48,182 nt of DNA. Source: Methanobacteriota archaeon. Lineage in GTDB: Archaea > JAADCQ01 > Methanopyri > Methanopyrales > Methanopyraceae. A program made the position numbers and the translations under genes. This document shows positions 8,916 through 22,270 of this stretch, piece after piece (the first letter of the stretch is position 1; every line of letters begins with the position of its first letter). The stretch is taken from NCBI GenBank assembly GCA_027064305.1, contig JAMOPY010000021.1:1-48182 (forward strand), read 5' to 3'. The notes beneath the pieces are model-generated. The model was not told the origin of the DNA and made no database searches. It saw nothing but the letters and a program-made list of their open reading frames with translations.

Positions 8916-9943
8916 GGGTGGTACCCGAACTCCTCCAGCCCGGCGGTTTCCTCGAACCCCATCCGGATGTTCATGTTCTGGATGGCCTGGCCGGAGGCGC
9001 CCTTGACCAGGTTGTCGATGGCCGAGGCCACAACGATGCGGCCGTCGCCCACGGCGAAGACGCCGACGTCGCAGTAGTTGGTGCCTCGCACCGCCCACAG
9101 TCGGGGCGCCTCCCCGACCTCGCACAGCCGGACGAACGGCTCGTCCCCGTAGTAATCCTCGTAGAGCTCCCGGAGCTCTTCGGGCTCGATTTCCGCGTCA
9201 CCGAGGCAGTGGGCGGTCGTCTCGATGCCGCGGACGAGCGGGGCCAGGTGAGGGGTGAAGTGCACCTCCACGTCGCCCAGCTTGCCCAGCTCCTGGCGGA
9301 TCTCGGGCAGGTGCCGGTGGTCGGTGGGGTTGTACGGGGTGAGGTCCTCCGCGCACTCCGGGTGATGGGTCGTCTGGGAGGGTTTAGCGCCGGCGCCCGA
9401 GGTCCCGCTCTTGGAGTCGAAGACGATCACGTCGGCCAGGCCCTCCTCCACGATCGGGGCGGCGGCGAGGATCGCGCCGGTCGGGTAGCACCCGGGGTTG
9501 GCGATGAGGTCGGCCCTCCGGATCTCGTCGCGGTGGAGCTCGGGTAGCCCGTACACGGCCCGCTCGTTGAGGTCGGGGGCCCGGTGGTCGACCCCGTACC
9601 AGCGCTCGTACTCCTCGACGTCGTCGAACCGGAAGTCGGCGCTGAGGTCGATGACGAGGGCGCCGCCGTCGAGGAGGTCGGGGACGAGCTCCATGGCGGC
9701 GGTGTGCGGGACGGCGGTGAACACGACGTCGCACTCCTCGCCGACCTCCGCCGGGTCGGGGTCGGTGAACCGGAGATCGGGGTACTCGTCGCGAAGGTTA
9801 GGGTGCACCTTCCAGACGGGTTCTCCCTCGAGCCGGCGGGAGGTGGCGTATCGGACCTCTTCGACCTCGGGGTGACGGGCTAGGAGTCTTAGGAGCTCGC
9901 CGCCGGTGTAGCCGGAGGCGCCGATCACGCCCACGACGACCAC
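8912..9943 (-). CDS. argC: N-acetyl-gamma-glutamyl-phosphate reductase
   Basis: GASGYTGGEL, DLSADFR, IANPGCYPT, DNLVKGASGQAIQN; start GTG 9943. Confidence 0.95.
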   Translation of the reverse strand: MVVVGVIGASGYTGGELLRLLARHPEVEEVRYATSRRLEGEPVWKVHPNLRDEYPDLRFTDPDPAEVGEECDVVFTAVPHTAAMELVPDLLDGGALVIDLSADFRFDDVEEYERWYGVDHRAPDLNERAVYGLPELHRDEIRRADLIANPGCYPTGAILAAAPIVEEGLADVIVFDSKSGTSGAGAKPSQTTHHPECAEDLTPYNPTDHRHLPEIRQELGKLGDVEVHFTPHLAPLVRGIETTAHCLGDAEIEPEELRELYEDYYGDEPFVRLCEVGEAPRLWAVRGTNYCDVGVFAVGDGRIVVASAIDNLVKGASGQAIQNMNIRMGFEETAGLEEFGYHP

Positions 9944-9946
9944 GGG

Positions 9947-10657
9947 GTGCGGGCCCCCTTGGGCGATCCGCTGGTGGAGGTGATCGAGGAGGTGCGCCGG
10001 GACCTGGGATTTAAGAAGTCCGAGGATCGGCTGGCCGCGATCCTGATGTGCGAGCTGCTGGCGGGCCGGGGGCTGAGGCTTCGGGACGTGCCGGTGGCTC
10101 GGGAGGTGGTCGTGGTGGGGGCCGGCCCGTCGGTCCGTCGGTTGCCGGAGGTGCGGGGGGAGTTGGAGGGTCGGGTGGTGTACGCCGCGGACGGGGCGTG
10201 CGAGGCGCTGCTGCGGGTGGGGATCGTGCCGGACGTGGTGGTCACGGACCTGGATGGGAGGGTCGAGTTCCTGCTGATGGCGGTGGAGGAGGGGGCCGTG
10301 CCCGTGGTGCACGCGCACGGGGACAACATGGAGCGGCTGGCGCGATGGGTCCCGGTGTTGGCGGACGCGGGGGTGCTCGGGACCTGTCAGGTGGATCCGC
10401 CGTGTCGGGAGCTCGTGAACCCGGGCGGGTTCACGGACGGGGATCGGGCGGTGGTGCTGGCGGCCCGGCGCGGGGCGCGGCGGGTGCTGACCGTGGGGAT
10501 GGATTTCGGGGATCTGACCACGGAGTTCTCCCGGCCCGGGGAGGGTCGCGGGGTGTTCCGGGCGGATCGAATCAAGCGACGGAAGCTGCGGTGGGGGGAG
10601 CGGATCGTGGGGATGGTGCGGGAGCATCTGGGGGTGGAGGTCGTACCGCTGGTGTAG
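9947..10657 (+). CDS. mptE: 6-hydroxymethyl-7,8-dihydropterin pyrophosphokinase (start could be 9959 or 9974)
   Basis: GAGPS, AADGA, VVTDLDG, VHAHGDN, GGFTDGDRA, GMDF. Confidence 0.88.
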   Translation: MRAPLGDPLVEVIEEVRRDLGFKKSEDRLAAILMCELLAGRGLRLRDVPVAREVVVVGAGPSVRRLPEVRGELEGRVVYAADGACEALLRVGIVPDVVVTDLDGRVEFLLMAVEEGAVPVVHAHGDNMERLARWVPVLADAGVLGTCQVDPPCRELVNPGGFTDGDRAVVLAARRGARRVLTVGMDFGDLTTEFSRPGEGRGVFRADRIKRRKLRWGERIVGMVREHLGVEVVPLV

Positions 10658-10716
10658 GCTCGGCCTCGTGCCGTGTCATCATCGGTCAGCAGGGGCGCCG
10701 GGTTACCTCATCGCGG
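10657..10716 (-). ncRNA. Box C/D sRNA candidate 2, overlapping cobB stop
   Basis: Minus strand GCGATGA-GGTAACCCGGCGCCCCTG-CTGA-CCG-ATGATGA-CACGGCACGAGG-CCGA; D guide complementary to CUCGUGCCGUG, a conserved archaeal 16S segment as recalled. Confidence 0.82.
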
Positions 10717-11461
10717 ACCGGAGTTGCCTCCAGAGCTCGCGCATGGCCGGGGCGGCGCGCTCTCGGATGCGCACGTGCATGTGGGGGGAGAGCTGGGTCT
10801 CGGAGGGGTTGATCTCGATCAGCCTGGCGCCGTGCCGTCGGGCGATCAGGGGGAGGTCGGCGGCGGGCCGGACCTCGCCGGAGGTGCCGATGACGAGCAT
10901 CACGTCGCAGCCCCGGGACAGTTCCTCGGCCCGGATTAGGGCGTCCGGGGGTAGGGGCTCACCGAACCAGACGACCCCGGGCCGGAGCGGCTCGCCGCAC
11001 TCGGGGCAGCGTGGAGGGAGTTCGTCGTACTCGAGTCCTTCGCCGCGTTCGGGGTCGTTCAGCCGCTCGTAATCGCAGCCAACGCACTCGTCGCGCCAGA
11101 TGTTTCCGTGCAGCTCGATCACGCGGCGGGAGCCGGCGCGCTGGTGCAGCCCGTCCACGTTCTGCGTGATCACGGCCTCAAGGAGGCCCTCCCGCTCCAT
11201 CCTCGCCAGGACTCGGTGCGCGTCGTTGGGCTCCGCCTCGGCGATCTTCTTGCGGCGCCAGAGGTACCACTTCCAGACCTTCTTCGGGTCTCGGGCGAAG
11301 GCCTCCGGGGTGGCGAGCTCTCGTGGGTCGTACCGGTTCCAGAGCCCGTCCTTGCCGCGGAAGGTGGGGATGCCGGAGTCGGCGGAGGCGCCGGCGCCGG
11401 TGAGGGCGACGACGGTGTCGGCCTCGAGGATCAGCCGCGCGGCGCGCTCGATCTCACTCAT
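10703..11461 (-). CDS. cobB: NAD-dependent protein deacylase (Sir2 family)
   Basis: [29 protein letters not shown], two Cxx[10 protein letters not shown]. Confidence 0.95.
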   Translation of the reverse strand: MSEIERAARLILEADTVVALTGAGASADSGIPTFRGKDGLWNRYDPRELATPEAFARDPKKVWKWYLWRRKKIAEAEPNDAHRVLARMEREGLLEAVITQNVDGLHQRAGSRRVIELHGNIWRDECVGCDYERLNDPERGEGLEYDELPPRCPECGEPLRPGVVWFGEPLPPDALIRAEELSRGCDVMLVIGTSGEVRPAADLPLIARRHGARLIEINPSETQLSPHMHVRIRERAAPAMRELWRQLRSAMR

Positions 11462-12971
11462 CCTCCCGCCTCCGCCGCTTCCACTCCTCCAGGGGTACGC
11501 TGAACTTTTTCTCCACCTCCTCCCGGTGGATGGTGTTGTAAGCGCAGAACGGGATGATTCGACCGTCCGGCGTGGCGTAGTGGATCACGCAGCGTCGCAC
11601 GCGGTCGGTCTGGAAGTTGTACGGGTCCATGAAGTGCATGCAGCCGAGCAGGAGGGCGTTCCAGTGGAACTCGGAGAGGGCGTCGTAGGTGCCCTTGGTG
11701 ACCACGTCCACGACGAGGCGGGCGAGGCGCCGCTTGCCGGTGATCCCCTTGAAGACCCTGCGCAGGTGCTTCGCGACGATCCAGGCGGCCTTGGCCTGGT
11801 CCCGGCGCCGTTCCAGGGAGTCCACCTTCTCGACCACCTTCTCCAGCATCTCGAGGAAGGCGTCCGGGTCGACGAAGTCCGTGATGGGTCGGTACCACCC
11901 GTCCTCCTCGATCAGGTACGTGGCGACGCCGCAAACGGGGTGGGCGGAGAACTCGGGCTTGGGTTGACCGTGCAGTTGGCCGATCAGGTGGGCGATCTTG
12001 GCGGCGGTGGGGACCGGGTAGAAGCTGTCGGCCGGAACGCGCCCGTCGGTCTGCTCCTCGACGAGCTTGACGAAGTCTGGGATGGTGATGCGCAGCCGCT
12101 CGCGCTCCTCCCTGGGGGTTCGGCCGGTGAAGGAGATGGGCTGAACGTTGATCCCGCGGATGACCTCGTACTCGCGGGCGAAGTCGAGCATGGGTCGGAT
12201 CTGGTCGTCGTTCACGCCCCGGGCCAGGGTGGGGACGAGGACGGTGGACAGGCCGGCGCGCTCGAGGTTCTTGATCGCCTCCTTCTTGAGCTCCAGGACC
12301 TTCCGGCTGCCGCGGATCCGCTCGTAGATCTCGGGCTTGAGCCCGTCGAACTGCAGGTAGACTACGTTGAGCCCGGCCTCGTTCAGGTCCTCGGCGAGGT
12401 CGGGATCGCGGGCGAACTCGATGCCGTTGGTCGCGATCTGAACGTGAAAGCCGCGCTCGGCGGCCGCGGAGATGATCTCGTGGATGTCGTCCCGGACGAG
12501 GGGCTCGCCGCCGGCGAACTGCACGGCGGGGGTCTTCACGGGGCGCTCGGACCGGAGCAGGTCGAGCATCTCCTCGATTTGCTCGAGGCTGGGCTCGTAC
12601 ACGTACCCCTTCGCCTCGGCGTTGGCGAAGCAGACGGGGCAGTTGAGGTTGCAGCGGTTGGTCACGTCGATGATGCCGAGGGCGGTCGTGCTGAGGTGGC
12701 ACTCGCAGAGCCCGCAGCTGAGGGGGCAACCGCGGTCGCACCGGGTTTGAGGGTTCTCGATCCCGGGCCCCTTGTGCTCGTACTTAAAGGCGCGCTCGAA
12801 CATCTCCGCGTCGGACCACACCACCTCGCGGAACTCGCCGTGCTCAGGGCACTCCTTAACTATCTCCACCCGGTCGTCCTCGGTGCGAACCAGGCGGGCG
12901 GGGACGACCTTCAAGCACTCCGGGCAGAGGCTCTTCGTCTCGCGCAACACCTCGCCGTTCTCGGAGGTCAC
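11454..12971 (-). CDS. tes: Tetraether lipid synthase / GDGT-MAS (MJ0619 family radical SAM)
   Basis: SLCPEC...[41 protein letters not shown]-terminal MHFMDPYNF...RCVIHY...IPFCAYN. Confidence 0.85.
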   Translation of the reverse strand: MTSENGEVLRETKSLCPECLKVVPARLVRTEDDRVEIVKECPEHGEFREVVWSDAEMFERAFKYEHKGPGIENPQTRCDRGCPLSCGLCECHLSTTALGIIDVTNRCNLNCPVCFANAEAKGYVYEPSLEQIEEMLDLLRSERPVKTPAVQFAGGEPLVRDDIHEIISAAAERGFHVQIATNGIEFARDPDLAEDLNEAGLNVVYLQFDGLKPEIYERIRGSRKVLELKKEAIKNLERAGLSTVLVPTLARGVNDDQIRPMLDFAREYEVIRGINVQPISFTGRTPREERERLRITIPDFVKLVEEQTDGRVPADSFYPVPTAAKIAHLIGQLHGQPKPEFSAHPVCGVATYLIEEDGWYRPITDFVDPDAFLEMLEKVVEKVDSLERRRDQAKAAWIVAKHLRRVFKGITGKRRLARLVVDVVTKGTYDALSEFHWNALLLGCMHFMDPYNFQTDRVRRCVIHYATPDGRIIPFCAYNTIHREEVEKKFSVPLEEWKRRRREDE

Positions 12972-12999
12972 CAGTGCACCCCCAAGAGGGGATGGTGAA

Positions 13000-13515
13000 A
13001 TGGAGGTGGGTGTGACCCTAACTGAACTCGCTCGCGGCGTTTGGTTTATCCTTCCCGCTTACGTCGCCAACGTCAGCGCCTGCCTGTTCGGAGGCGGTGC
13101 GCCGCTGGATTTTGGTAAAAAGCTTTCCGACGGACGCCGCGTGCTGGGTGACGGGGTAACCGTGCGCGGTTTCTGCGTGGGAACGCTGGCGGGGGCGCTG
13201 ACGGGGCTCGCTGAGGGGCTCGCGGTGGGAGACCCGGATCGGTGGGTGGAGGGGGCCGTGCTGGGGTTCGGGGCGATGGTGGGGGACGCGGTCGGGAGCT
13301 TCATCAAGCGGCGGGTCGGCCTCGAGCGCGGGGCGCCGGCCCCGGTCCTGGACCAGCTGGACTTCTTCGCCGGGGCGCTCCTGCTGCATCACCTGGTGTA
13401 CGGGTGGGTCCCGGCGGCCCGGTTGATCGCGGTCCTGGCGGTTCTCACGCTCGCCCTGCACTGGTTGACCAACGCCATCGGCTACCTACTGCGGTTGAAG
13501 GAGGTGCCGTGGTGA
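13000..13515 (+). CDS. carS: CDP-2,3-bis-(O-geranylgeranyl)-sn-glycerol synthase
   Basis: ILPAYVAN, PLDFG...DGRRVLGDG, GDAVGSFIKRR, LDQLDF, LKEVPW end. Confidence 0.93.
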   Translation: MEVGVTLTELARGVWFILPAYVANVSACLFGGGAPLDFGKKLSDGRRVLGDGVTVRGFCVGTLAGALTGLAEGLAVGDPDRWVEGAVLGFGAMVGDAVGSFIKRRVGLERGAPAPVLDQLDFFAGALLLHHLVYGWVPAARLIAVLAVLTLALHWLTNAIGYLLRLKEVPW

Positions 13516-14060
13516 TGGATCGGGAACGGCTCGCGCGGTTGCTCCTGGAGGTGGGGGCGCTGAAGTTCGGTGACTTCGTGCTCTCCTCCGGGCGTCGCAG
13601 CGATTACTACGTGGACATCAAGGAGGCTTGCACGCGCCCCGAGGTGCTGGACGCGCTGACGGACGCGCTGGCGGAGGTCCTGCCGGAGGGGGAGGTCGTG
13701 GCGGGCCCGGAGCTGGGCGCGGTTCCGCTCGTATCGGTGCTGTCGGTGAAGACGGGACGGGAGATGGCCATCGTTCGGAAGCGGCGGAAGGGGTACGGTC
13801 GGGAGGAGCGGATCGTGGGGGAGGTGGAAGGGCGTCGGGTGGTGCTGGTGGACGACGTGGCGACGACGGGCGGCTCCCTGCTGGAGGCGGCGGAGGCGGT
13901 GGAGGAGGAGGGTGGCGAGGTGAGGGACGCGGTGGTGGTCGTGGACCGTCGGGAGGGCGCGGAGGAAGCGCTTAAAGAGCGAGGGATTCGGCTGAGGAGC
14001 GTGCTGACGGCCGAGGATCTGCGGGGGTTGAGAAGCGGTGAAGGTGATGATCGTGGGTAG
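13515..14060 (+). CDS. pyrE: Orotate phosphoribosyltransferase
   Basis: FGDFVLSSG..SDYYVD, LVDDVATTGGS PRPP motif. Confidence 0.93.
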   Translation: MDRERLARLLLEVGALKFGDFVLSSGRRSDYYVDIKEACTRPEVLDALTDALAEVLPEGEVVAGPELGAVPLVSVLSVKTGREMAIVRKRRKGYGREERIVGEVEGRRVVLVDDVATTGGSLLEAAEAVEEEGGEVRDAVVVVDRREGAEEALKERGIRLRSVLTAEDLRGLRSGEGDDRG

Positions 14061-15389
14061 CGGGGCCCGGGAGCACGCGATCGCGGAGGCGCTGTGCGGG
14101 GCGCCGGACGAGGACGTGGAGCTGTACGCGTTCCTGAGGAACCGCAACCCGGGCCTGATTCGGCTCTCCGAGGACTACGAGGTGGGTGATCCGACGGACG
14201 TGGACGCGGTGGCCAGGGCGGCCGTGCGGTGGGGCGTGGACCTGGCGGTGATCGGGCCCGAAGACCCGCTGGCGGAGGGGGTCGCGGATCGGCTGGAGGA
14301 GGAGGGGATACCCACGTTCGGTCCCAAGCGGGGTCCGGCCCGGATCGAGTGGGACAAGGGGTTCGCCCGCCGGCTGATGAGGGAGCACGGGATCGAGGCT
14401 TACCCGGAGTTCGGGGTGTTCGAGGACCCGGACGAGGCCTGCGAGTTCATCGACGAGCTGGGCAAGCCGGTGGCGGTGAAGCCGGCCGGGCTGACCGGCG
14501 GTAAGGGCGTCAAGGTGGTGGGAGAGCACCTGCGGAACCTGGACGAGGCGAAGGAGTACGTGCGGGAGATCTTCGAGCGGGAGATCGGCGGGCTGCCCCG
14601 GGTGGTGATCGAGGAAAGGTGTGTGGGCGAGGAGTACACCATCCAGGTGTACACGGATGGACGGAAGGTACTTCCCACGCCGGCCGTGCAGGACCACCCG
14701 CACGCCTACGAGGGCGATGAGGGGCCCATCACCGGCGGGATGGGCTCGTACTCGTGCCCGGACGGGCTGCTGCCGTTCCTGTCCCGGGAGGAGTACGAGG
14801 AGTCCGTGCGGATCCTGGAGCGGACGGTTGAGGCGATCCGGAAGGAGACGGGTGAGCCGTACCGGGGCGTGCTCTACGGTCAGTTCATGCTGACGGCGGA
14901 CGGACCCGTGGTGATCGAGTTCAACTGCCGGTACGGTGATCCTGAGGCGATGAACATCCTGCCGATCGCGGAGGGCGACCTGGTCACGCTGCACGCCTCG
15001 ATCGCCGAGGGCTCGATGGAGGGGGACGTGGAGTTCCTGGAGCGCGCCACGGTCTGCAAGTACGTGGTGCCGGAGGGGTACCCGGAGTCCTCCGAGGGTG
15101 AGGGTGAGCCGATCGAGGTGGACGAGGAGTGCATTCACCGGCTCAACGCGATCCCGTACTACGCGTCCGTGAACCTGGAGGAGGACGGCACGATCACGAT
15201 GACCTCCTCGCGCGCGGTCGCGATCGTGGGGATCGGGGAGCGCCTGGAGGAGGCGGAGGAGGCCGCGGAGCGCGCGATCCGGGAGTGCGTGAGCGGGGAG
15301 AGGATCCGGCACCGGTCCGACATCGGCAAGCCGGAGACGGTGCGGAAGCGGGTGCGCCGCATGGAGCGGATCCGGGGGCAGGGTGGGTC

Positions 15390-15393
<4 letters not shown>
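14038..15393 (+). CDS. purD: Phosphoribosylamine-glycine ligase
   Basis: GSGAREHA, GPEDPL, GGKGV, TGGMGSYS, EFNCRYGDPE. Confidence 0.96.
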
Positions 15394-18694
<3,301 letters not shown>

Positions 18695-18698
<4 letters not shown>

Positions 18699-19912
18699 GT
18701 CCTCTCCACGGTGCAGAACATGGCCTTGAGGTACTGGGTGTCGGGGTTGCCGGGCACGATCGGGTGGCAGGGTGGCTGGCCCCGTAGGGGACCCAGCATG
18801 CGCAGCCGGAGGCCCCGGCGCCGGGCCGCCTCGGACACGATTCGAACGAAGTCGTCCGGCTCGAGGAAGTGGCTGCAGGAGCAGGTGACGAACAGGCCGC
18901 CGTCCCGGACCAGTCCCAGGGCCTTGTAGTTCACGTCGAAGTAGGCCCGCTTGCCCCGCTCGAGGTGCTCGCGGGAGGTGACGAAGGCGGGTGGATCGAG
19001 GATCACCACGTCGAACCGCTCGCCCCGGCGCTCGAGCCGCTCCAGCAGGGCGAACGCGTCGCCGATCAGGAACTTCACCCGGTCTCTCACCTCGTTCAGC
19101 GTGGCGTTCTCGTACGCGGCCTCCACGATCCGGTCGAACTTCTCGATCCCGACGACCTCCTCCGCGCCGCCCACGGCCGCGTGGATGGCGAACCCGCCCA
19201 CGTAGGAGAACACGTCCAGGACCCGGTCTCCCTCCCTCACGAGCCGCTGCACCTCGCCCCGGTTCTCCACCTGGTCGATGTAGAACCCGGTCTTCTGCCC
19301 TCGCTCGACGTCCACGTGGAACCTCACGCCGTACTCCTCCACGATCGTGGAGGAGCGGTCCTCGCCGGCGACGGTCCGTTTCCTCACCTCCATGCCCAGC
19401 TGGCGGCGCTTCCGGGAGTCGTTCTTCTCGTACAGCGTCTCGACGTCCAGGATCTCCAGCAGCTCCTCGGCGTGCCGGAGGACGATCCGTTCCATCGCGG
19501 GGCACGTCGTCTGGAACACGGCCAGGTCGTTGAACTTGTCGATGATCAGGCCCGGGAGGGCGTCCGCCTCCGAGAACACGACCCGCATGTGGTTCCGGTG
19601 CCGGTCCACGCGCCAGCGCTTCCGCTCCCGGTACCGCTCCCGGATCCGCTCCAGCACGATCTCGTCGGGGGAGCGGTCGGGGTACTCACCCCGCGGGTCG
19701 AAGATCCGGGCGACGATGCCGGGGGAGCGGCCGCTGCGGATGTCCCGGTCCGAGGCCTGGGCGAAGGCGTGGCCCAGCAGCTCCCCGCTGCCCGTCTCGA
19801 CGCGGACGACGTCCCCGGGGCGAAACCGGCCCCGGATCCTTCTCACGGCGGGGGCGAAGACGGAGAGGGCGCCCGATCGGATCGCCTCCCGGGCGCGTCG
19901 GTCCACGACCAC
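18695..19912 (-). CDS. RlmI-like class I SAM rRNA m5C methyltransferase with PUA domain
   Basis: SEADALPGLIIDKF, GQKTGFYIDQ, VLDVFSYVGGF, VILDPPAF, TCSCS, YLK. Confidence 0.9.
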
Positions 19913-19954
19913 GGTGGGTGGCCTGCCGCGTCGGGGAATGGGGGCACTCCCCCG

Positions 19955-20638
19955 CTATCGGGCGTACTCGGTCGGGTCCTCCACCCCGGCCTCTCGGAAG
20001 GCGCGCCTTCGGTGGCGGCAGGATTCGCACTCTCCGCAGTGCACGGGCCGGCCGTTCCTCCACTCGGGCCGGTAGCAGCTCACGGAGTGCTCCATGGGGG
20101 CGTCGAGCCGGGCCCCGAGCCGGACGATGTCGGGCTTCTCCAGGTCCGCGAGCGGGCTGTGGAGTCTCGGTCGCGAGGGGAGACCGGTGCGTAGGGCCCG
20201 GGCCGCGGCCCTGGCGAACGCCTTGGAGTTGTCGGGGAACCGTCGCGCCTCCTCCGCGTTGATGCCCCAGACGATGTGAAACTCGTCGTCCTCGCCCTGA
20301 AGGTAGAGGCGGTCGCACAGGGCCGCGGCGATCCCGAGCAGGTTCCAGTTGCGGGCGGGGAGCCAGTGGGTGGAGAGGTCGCGTGGTGGCTCGGTCGGTG
20401 GACCGCCGAATAGGGGGTTGTCCGGGCAGAGTCTCCGGAGCCAGAAGGCGCCGAGCGCGAGGAATTCGGCGCCGATCGCGTCCGCGATCCGCTCGGCCGC
20501 GCGTCGCTCCACGGGGGCGTTCCGCTGCCCGTAGTCGATGAACAGGCAGATGCGATCCCCGTCCAGCTCGTCGGCCGCCCACTGGGCGGCGACGCTGGAG
20601 TCCAGGCCCCCGCTGCAGAGGATGACGACGGTGGGCAT
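19955..20638 (-). CDS. queC: 7-cyano-7-deazaguanine synthase
   Basis: SGGLDS, DYGQR, PARN, FPD, SCY...HCGECESC..R. Confidence 0.9.
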   Translation of the reverse strand: MPTVVILCSGGLDSSVAAQWAADELDGDRICLFIDYGQRNAPVERRAAERIADAIGAEFLALGAFWLRRLCPDNPLFGGPPTEPPRDLSTHWLPARNWNLLGIAAALCDRLYLQGEDDEFHIVWGINAEEARRFPDNSKAFARAAARALRTGLPSRPRLHSPLADLEKPDIVRLGARLDAPMEHSVSCYRPEWRNGRPVHCGECESCRHRRRAFREAGVEDPTEYAR

Positions 20639-20643
20639 GGGGG

Positions 20644-21315
20644 CTACCCGTAGAAGGGGCGCTTTTCCTTGGGCACGATCTTGGTGAGGGAGCGGAGGTC
20701 GTCGCGGGTCACGTCGAAGTCGTACTTCTTCACCAGCTCGTGGACCCTCTCGACGTCCTCCTCGTCCGGCTCCACGGCCTTGGCGTTCTTGCCCAGGTCC
20801 TCCACCTCGCCCAGGACGTAGATCTCGCCGCGGAGCATGCTCTCGCCGGTGTAGGTGCCCGCGTCGCCGAGCACGATGATCGTGCCTCCCATCATGTACA
20901 TCCCGGTCATGATCTCCACGTCTCCGCCGATGATCACGGTGCCGTTCTTCATGATCTGCCCGACGCGGGAGCCCGCGTCGCCGCGGACGACGACGGTACC
21001 GCCGTACATGCCCTGGCCCACGCCGTCTCCGGCGTGCCCTTCGATGATGATCTCGCCCTTAGTGACGTTGTCCCCGGGGTACCAGCCCGCGTTGCCCTGG
21101 ACGAGGATCCTGGGTCCGTGGATCATGGTGCCGACGTAGTACCCGACGCTGCCCTCGATGACGACCTCGACCTCCTCGGTCAGCCCGGCGGCGATGTAGT
21201 GCTTGGCGCCCGGGTTCTTCAGGATGATCCGGTCGTACTCGGGGGCGTGGGTCTTCAGGGCGCTGTTGATGTCTCGCGGCTCCTTACCCTTGCAGTTGAT
21301 GACCTTCTCCCTCAC
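20644..21315 (-). CDS. GXGXG beta-helix protein (glutamate synthase domain 3 / FwdC-like)
   Basis: Repeated G.AG..G..M.GG.I.V motifs; start GTG 21315 overlaps upstream stop. Confidence 0.88.
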   Translation of the reverse strand: MREKVINCKGKEPRDINSALKTHAPEYDRIILKNPGAKHYIAAGLTEEVEVVIEGSVGYYVGTMIHGPRILVQGNAGWYPGDNVTKGEIIIEGHAGDGVGQGMYGGTVVVRGDAGSRVGQIMKNGTVIIGGDVEIMTGMYMMGGTIIVLGDAGTYTGESMLRGEIYVLGEVEDLGKNAKAVEPDEEDVERVHELVKKYDFDVTRDDLRSLTKIVPKEKRPFYG

Positions 21316-22256
21316 CAGCGACCCCCCACCTCGAAGACCTCGTACTCCCCGGGCTCGATCTGGCCGATGCCCTCGATCTCCTCCCCGAAGATCCGGCGCA
21401 GGGCGACCTCCTCGGAGGAGATTCCGATCGTGTCGTCCCGGCCGTAGCCGATGACGCCGGGCCGGAGGCCGAGCGGGTCGCGGGCGACGGCGATGGCGTC
21501 CGGGGTGCTGATGATGAAGCAGAACGGGCCGTCCAGCTCCCGGATGGCCTCCTCCATGGCCTCCTCCAGGGAGTACCCGTTCATGAGCTTGTCCGCGACG
21601 TAGACGACGATGCACTCGGAGTCGTTCTCGGTCTTAAACCGGTACCCCTTCGCCTCCAGGAGCTCCCGGATGGAGTAGTAGTTGGTGATCTGGCCGTTGT
21701 GCACCACGGCGATGTTCGGGACGAGGTAGCTCTGGAACGGGTGGGCGTGGTACCGGTCGACCACGGACTCGGTGGAGAAGCGCACGTGCCCGATCCCGTG
21801 CGTTCCCTCCAGGTTCTCCACCCCGTACTGGGAGGAGACCTCCACGGCCTTGCCCACGTCCTTGAGGATCTCGAACCCCTGGCCCGCGCTGAGCACGGTG
21901 ATGCCGGCCTCGTCCTCGATCCTGCGGGTTACCTCGGCGAGCTCCCGCTGCCCGCTCGCGCCCGTGGGGATGCCGTCCACGAAGACCCGGTACACGATCG
22001 TGCCTCCGTCCTCGGCCAGCCGCTCGATCCGGGTCACCTTACGGTCGGGGCCGAGGCAGCGCTCCACGTCGGAGAGTAGGTCGCGCTCCTCGTCGGCGGG
22101 CAGCTCCAGGATGAGGATCGTGGCGTCCGTGTCCCGGTAGATCCCGTACCCGGCGGAGTCGGGCCCCCGGTGCTGCATCGCGTCCAGCATCTCGGTCAGC
22201 AGGTGACCGACCGAGCCGGGCTCGGGCAGCACGATCCCGGCGATCCCGCACGCCAA
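21312..22256 (-). CDS. Class II (Ntn) glutamine amidotransferase, glutamate synthase domain 1-like
   Basis: CGIAG, QHRGPDSAG, GHVRFST, AHPF, HNGQITNY, DSE, RDPLGLRP; start TTG 22256 or GTG 22274. Confidence 0.88.
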   Translation of the reverse strand: MACGIAGIVLPEPGSVGHLLTEMLDAMQHRGPDSAGYGIYRDTDATILILELPADEERDLLSDVERCLGPDRKVTRIERLAEDGGTIVYRVFVDGIPTGASGQRELAEVTRRIEDEAGITVLSAGQGFEILKDVGKAVEVSSQYGVENLEGTHGIGHVRFSTESVVDRYHAHPFQSYLVPNIAVVHNGQITNYYSIRELLEAKGYRFKTENDSECIVVYVADKLMNGYSLEEAMEEAIRELDGPFCFIISTPDAIAVARDPLGLRPGVIGYGRDDTIGISSEEVALRRIFGEEIEGIGQIEPGEYEVFEVGGRW

Positions 22257-22270
22257 CGCCGCCACTCCCG

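Noticed and set aside
8912-10627. Long N-terminal extensions in the ORF track for argC (likewise argF, pyrE, carS, lsm, tatD, hypD)
   Set aside because: Extensions overlap neighbouring genes; downstream starts match family N-termini, so they are not fusions
11100-12998. Long antisense and alternate-frame ORFs (also 32471-34720, 37740-39374, 30669-32366, 7536-9125 and many others)
   Set aside because: Shadow ORFs expected from high GC and codon bias; they overlap well-supported genes and carry no motifs
19925-19990. Possible fifth box C/D sRNA at the queC 3' end (two CCGA on minus strand)
   Set aside because: C and C' boxes too degenerate (GGAGGA, GGGGGA) to support
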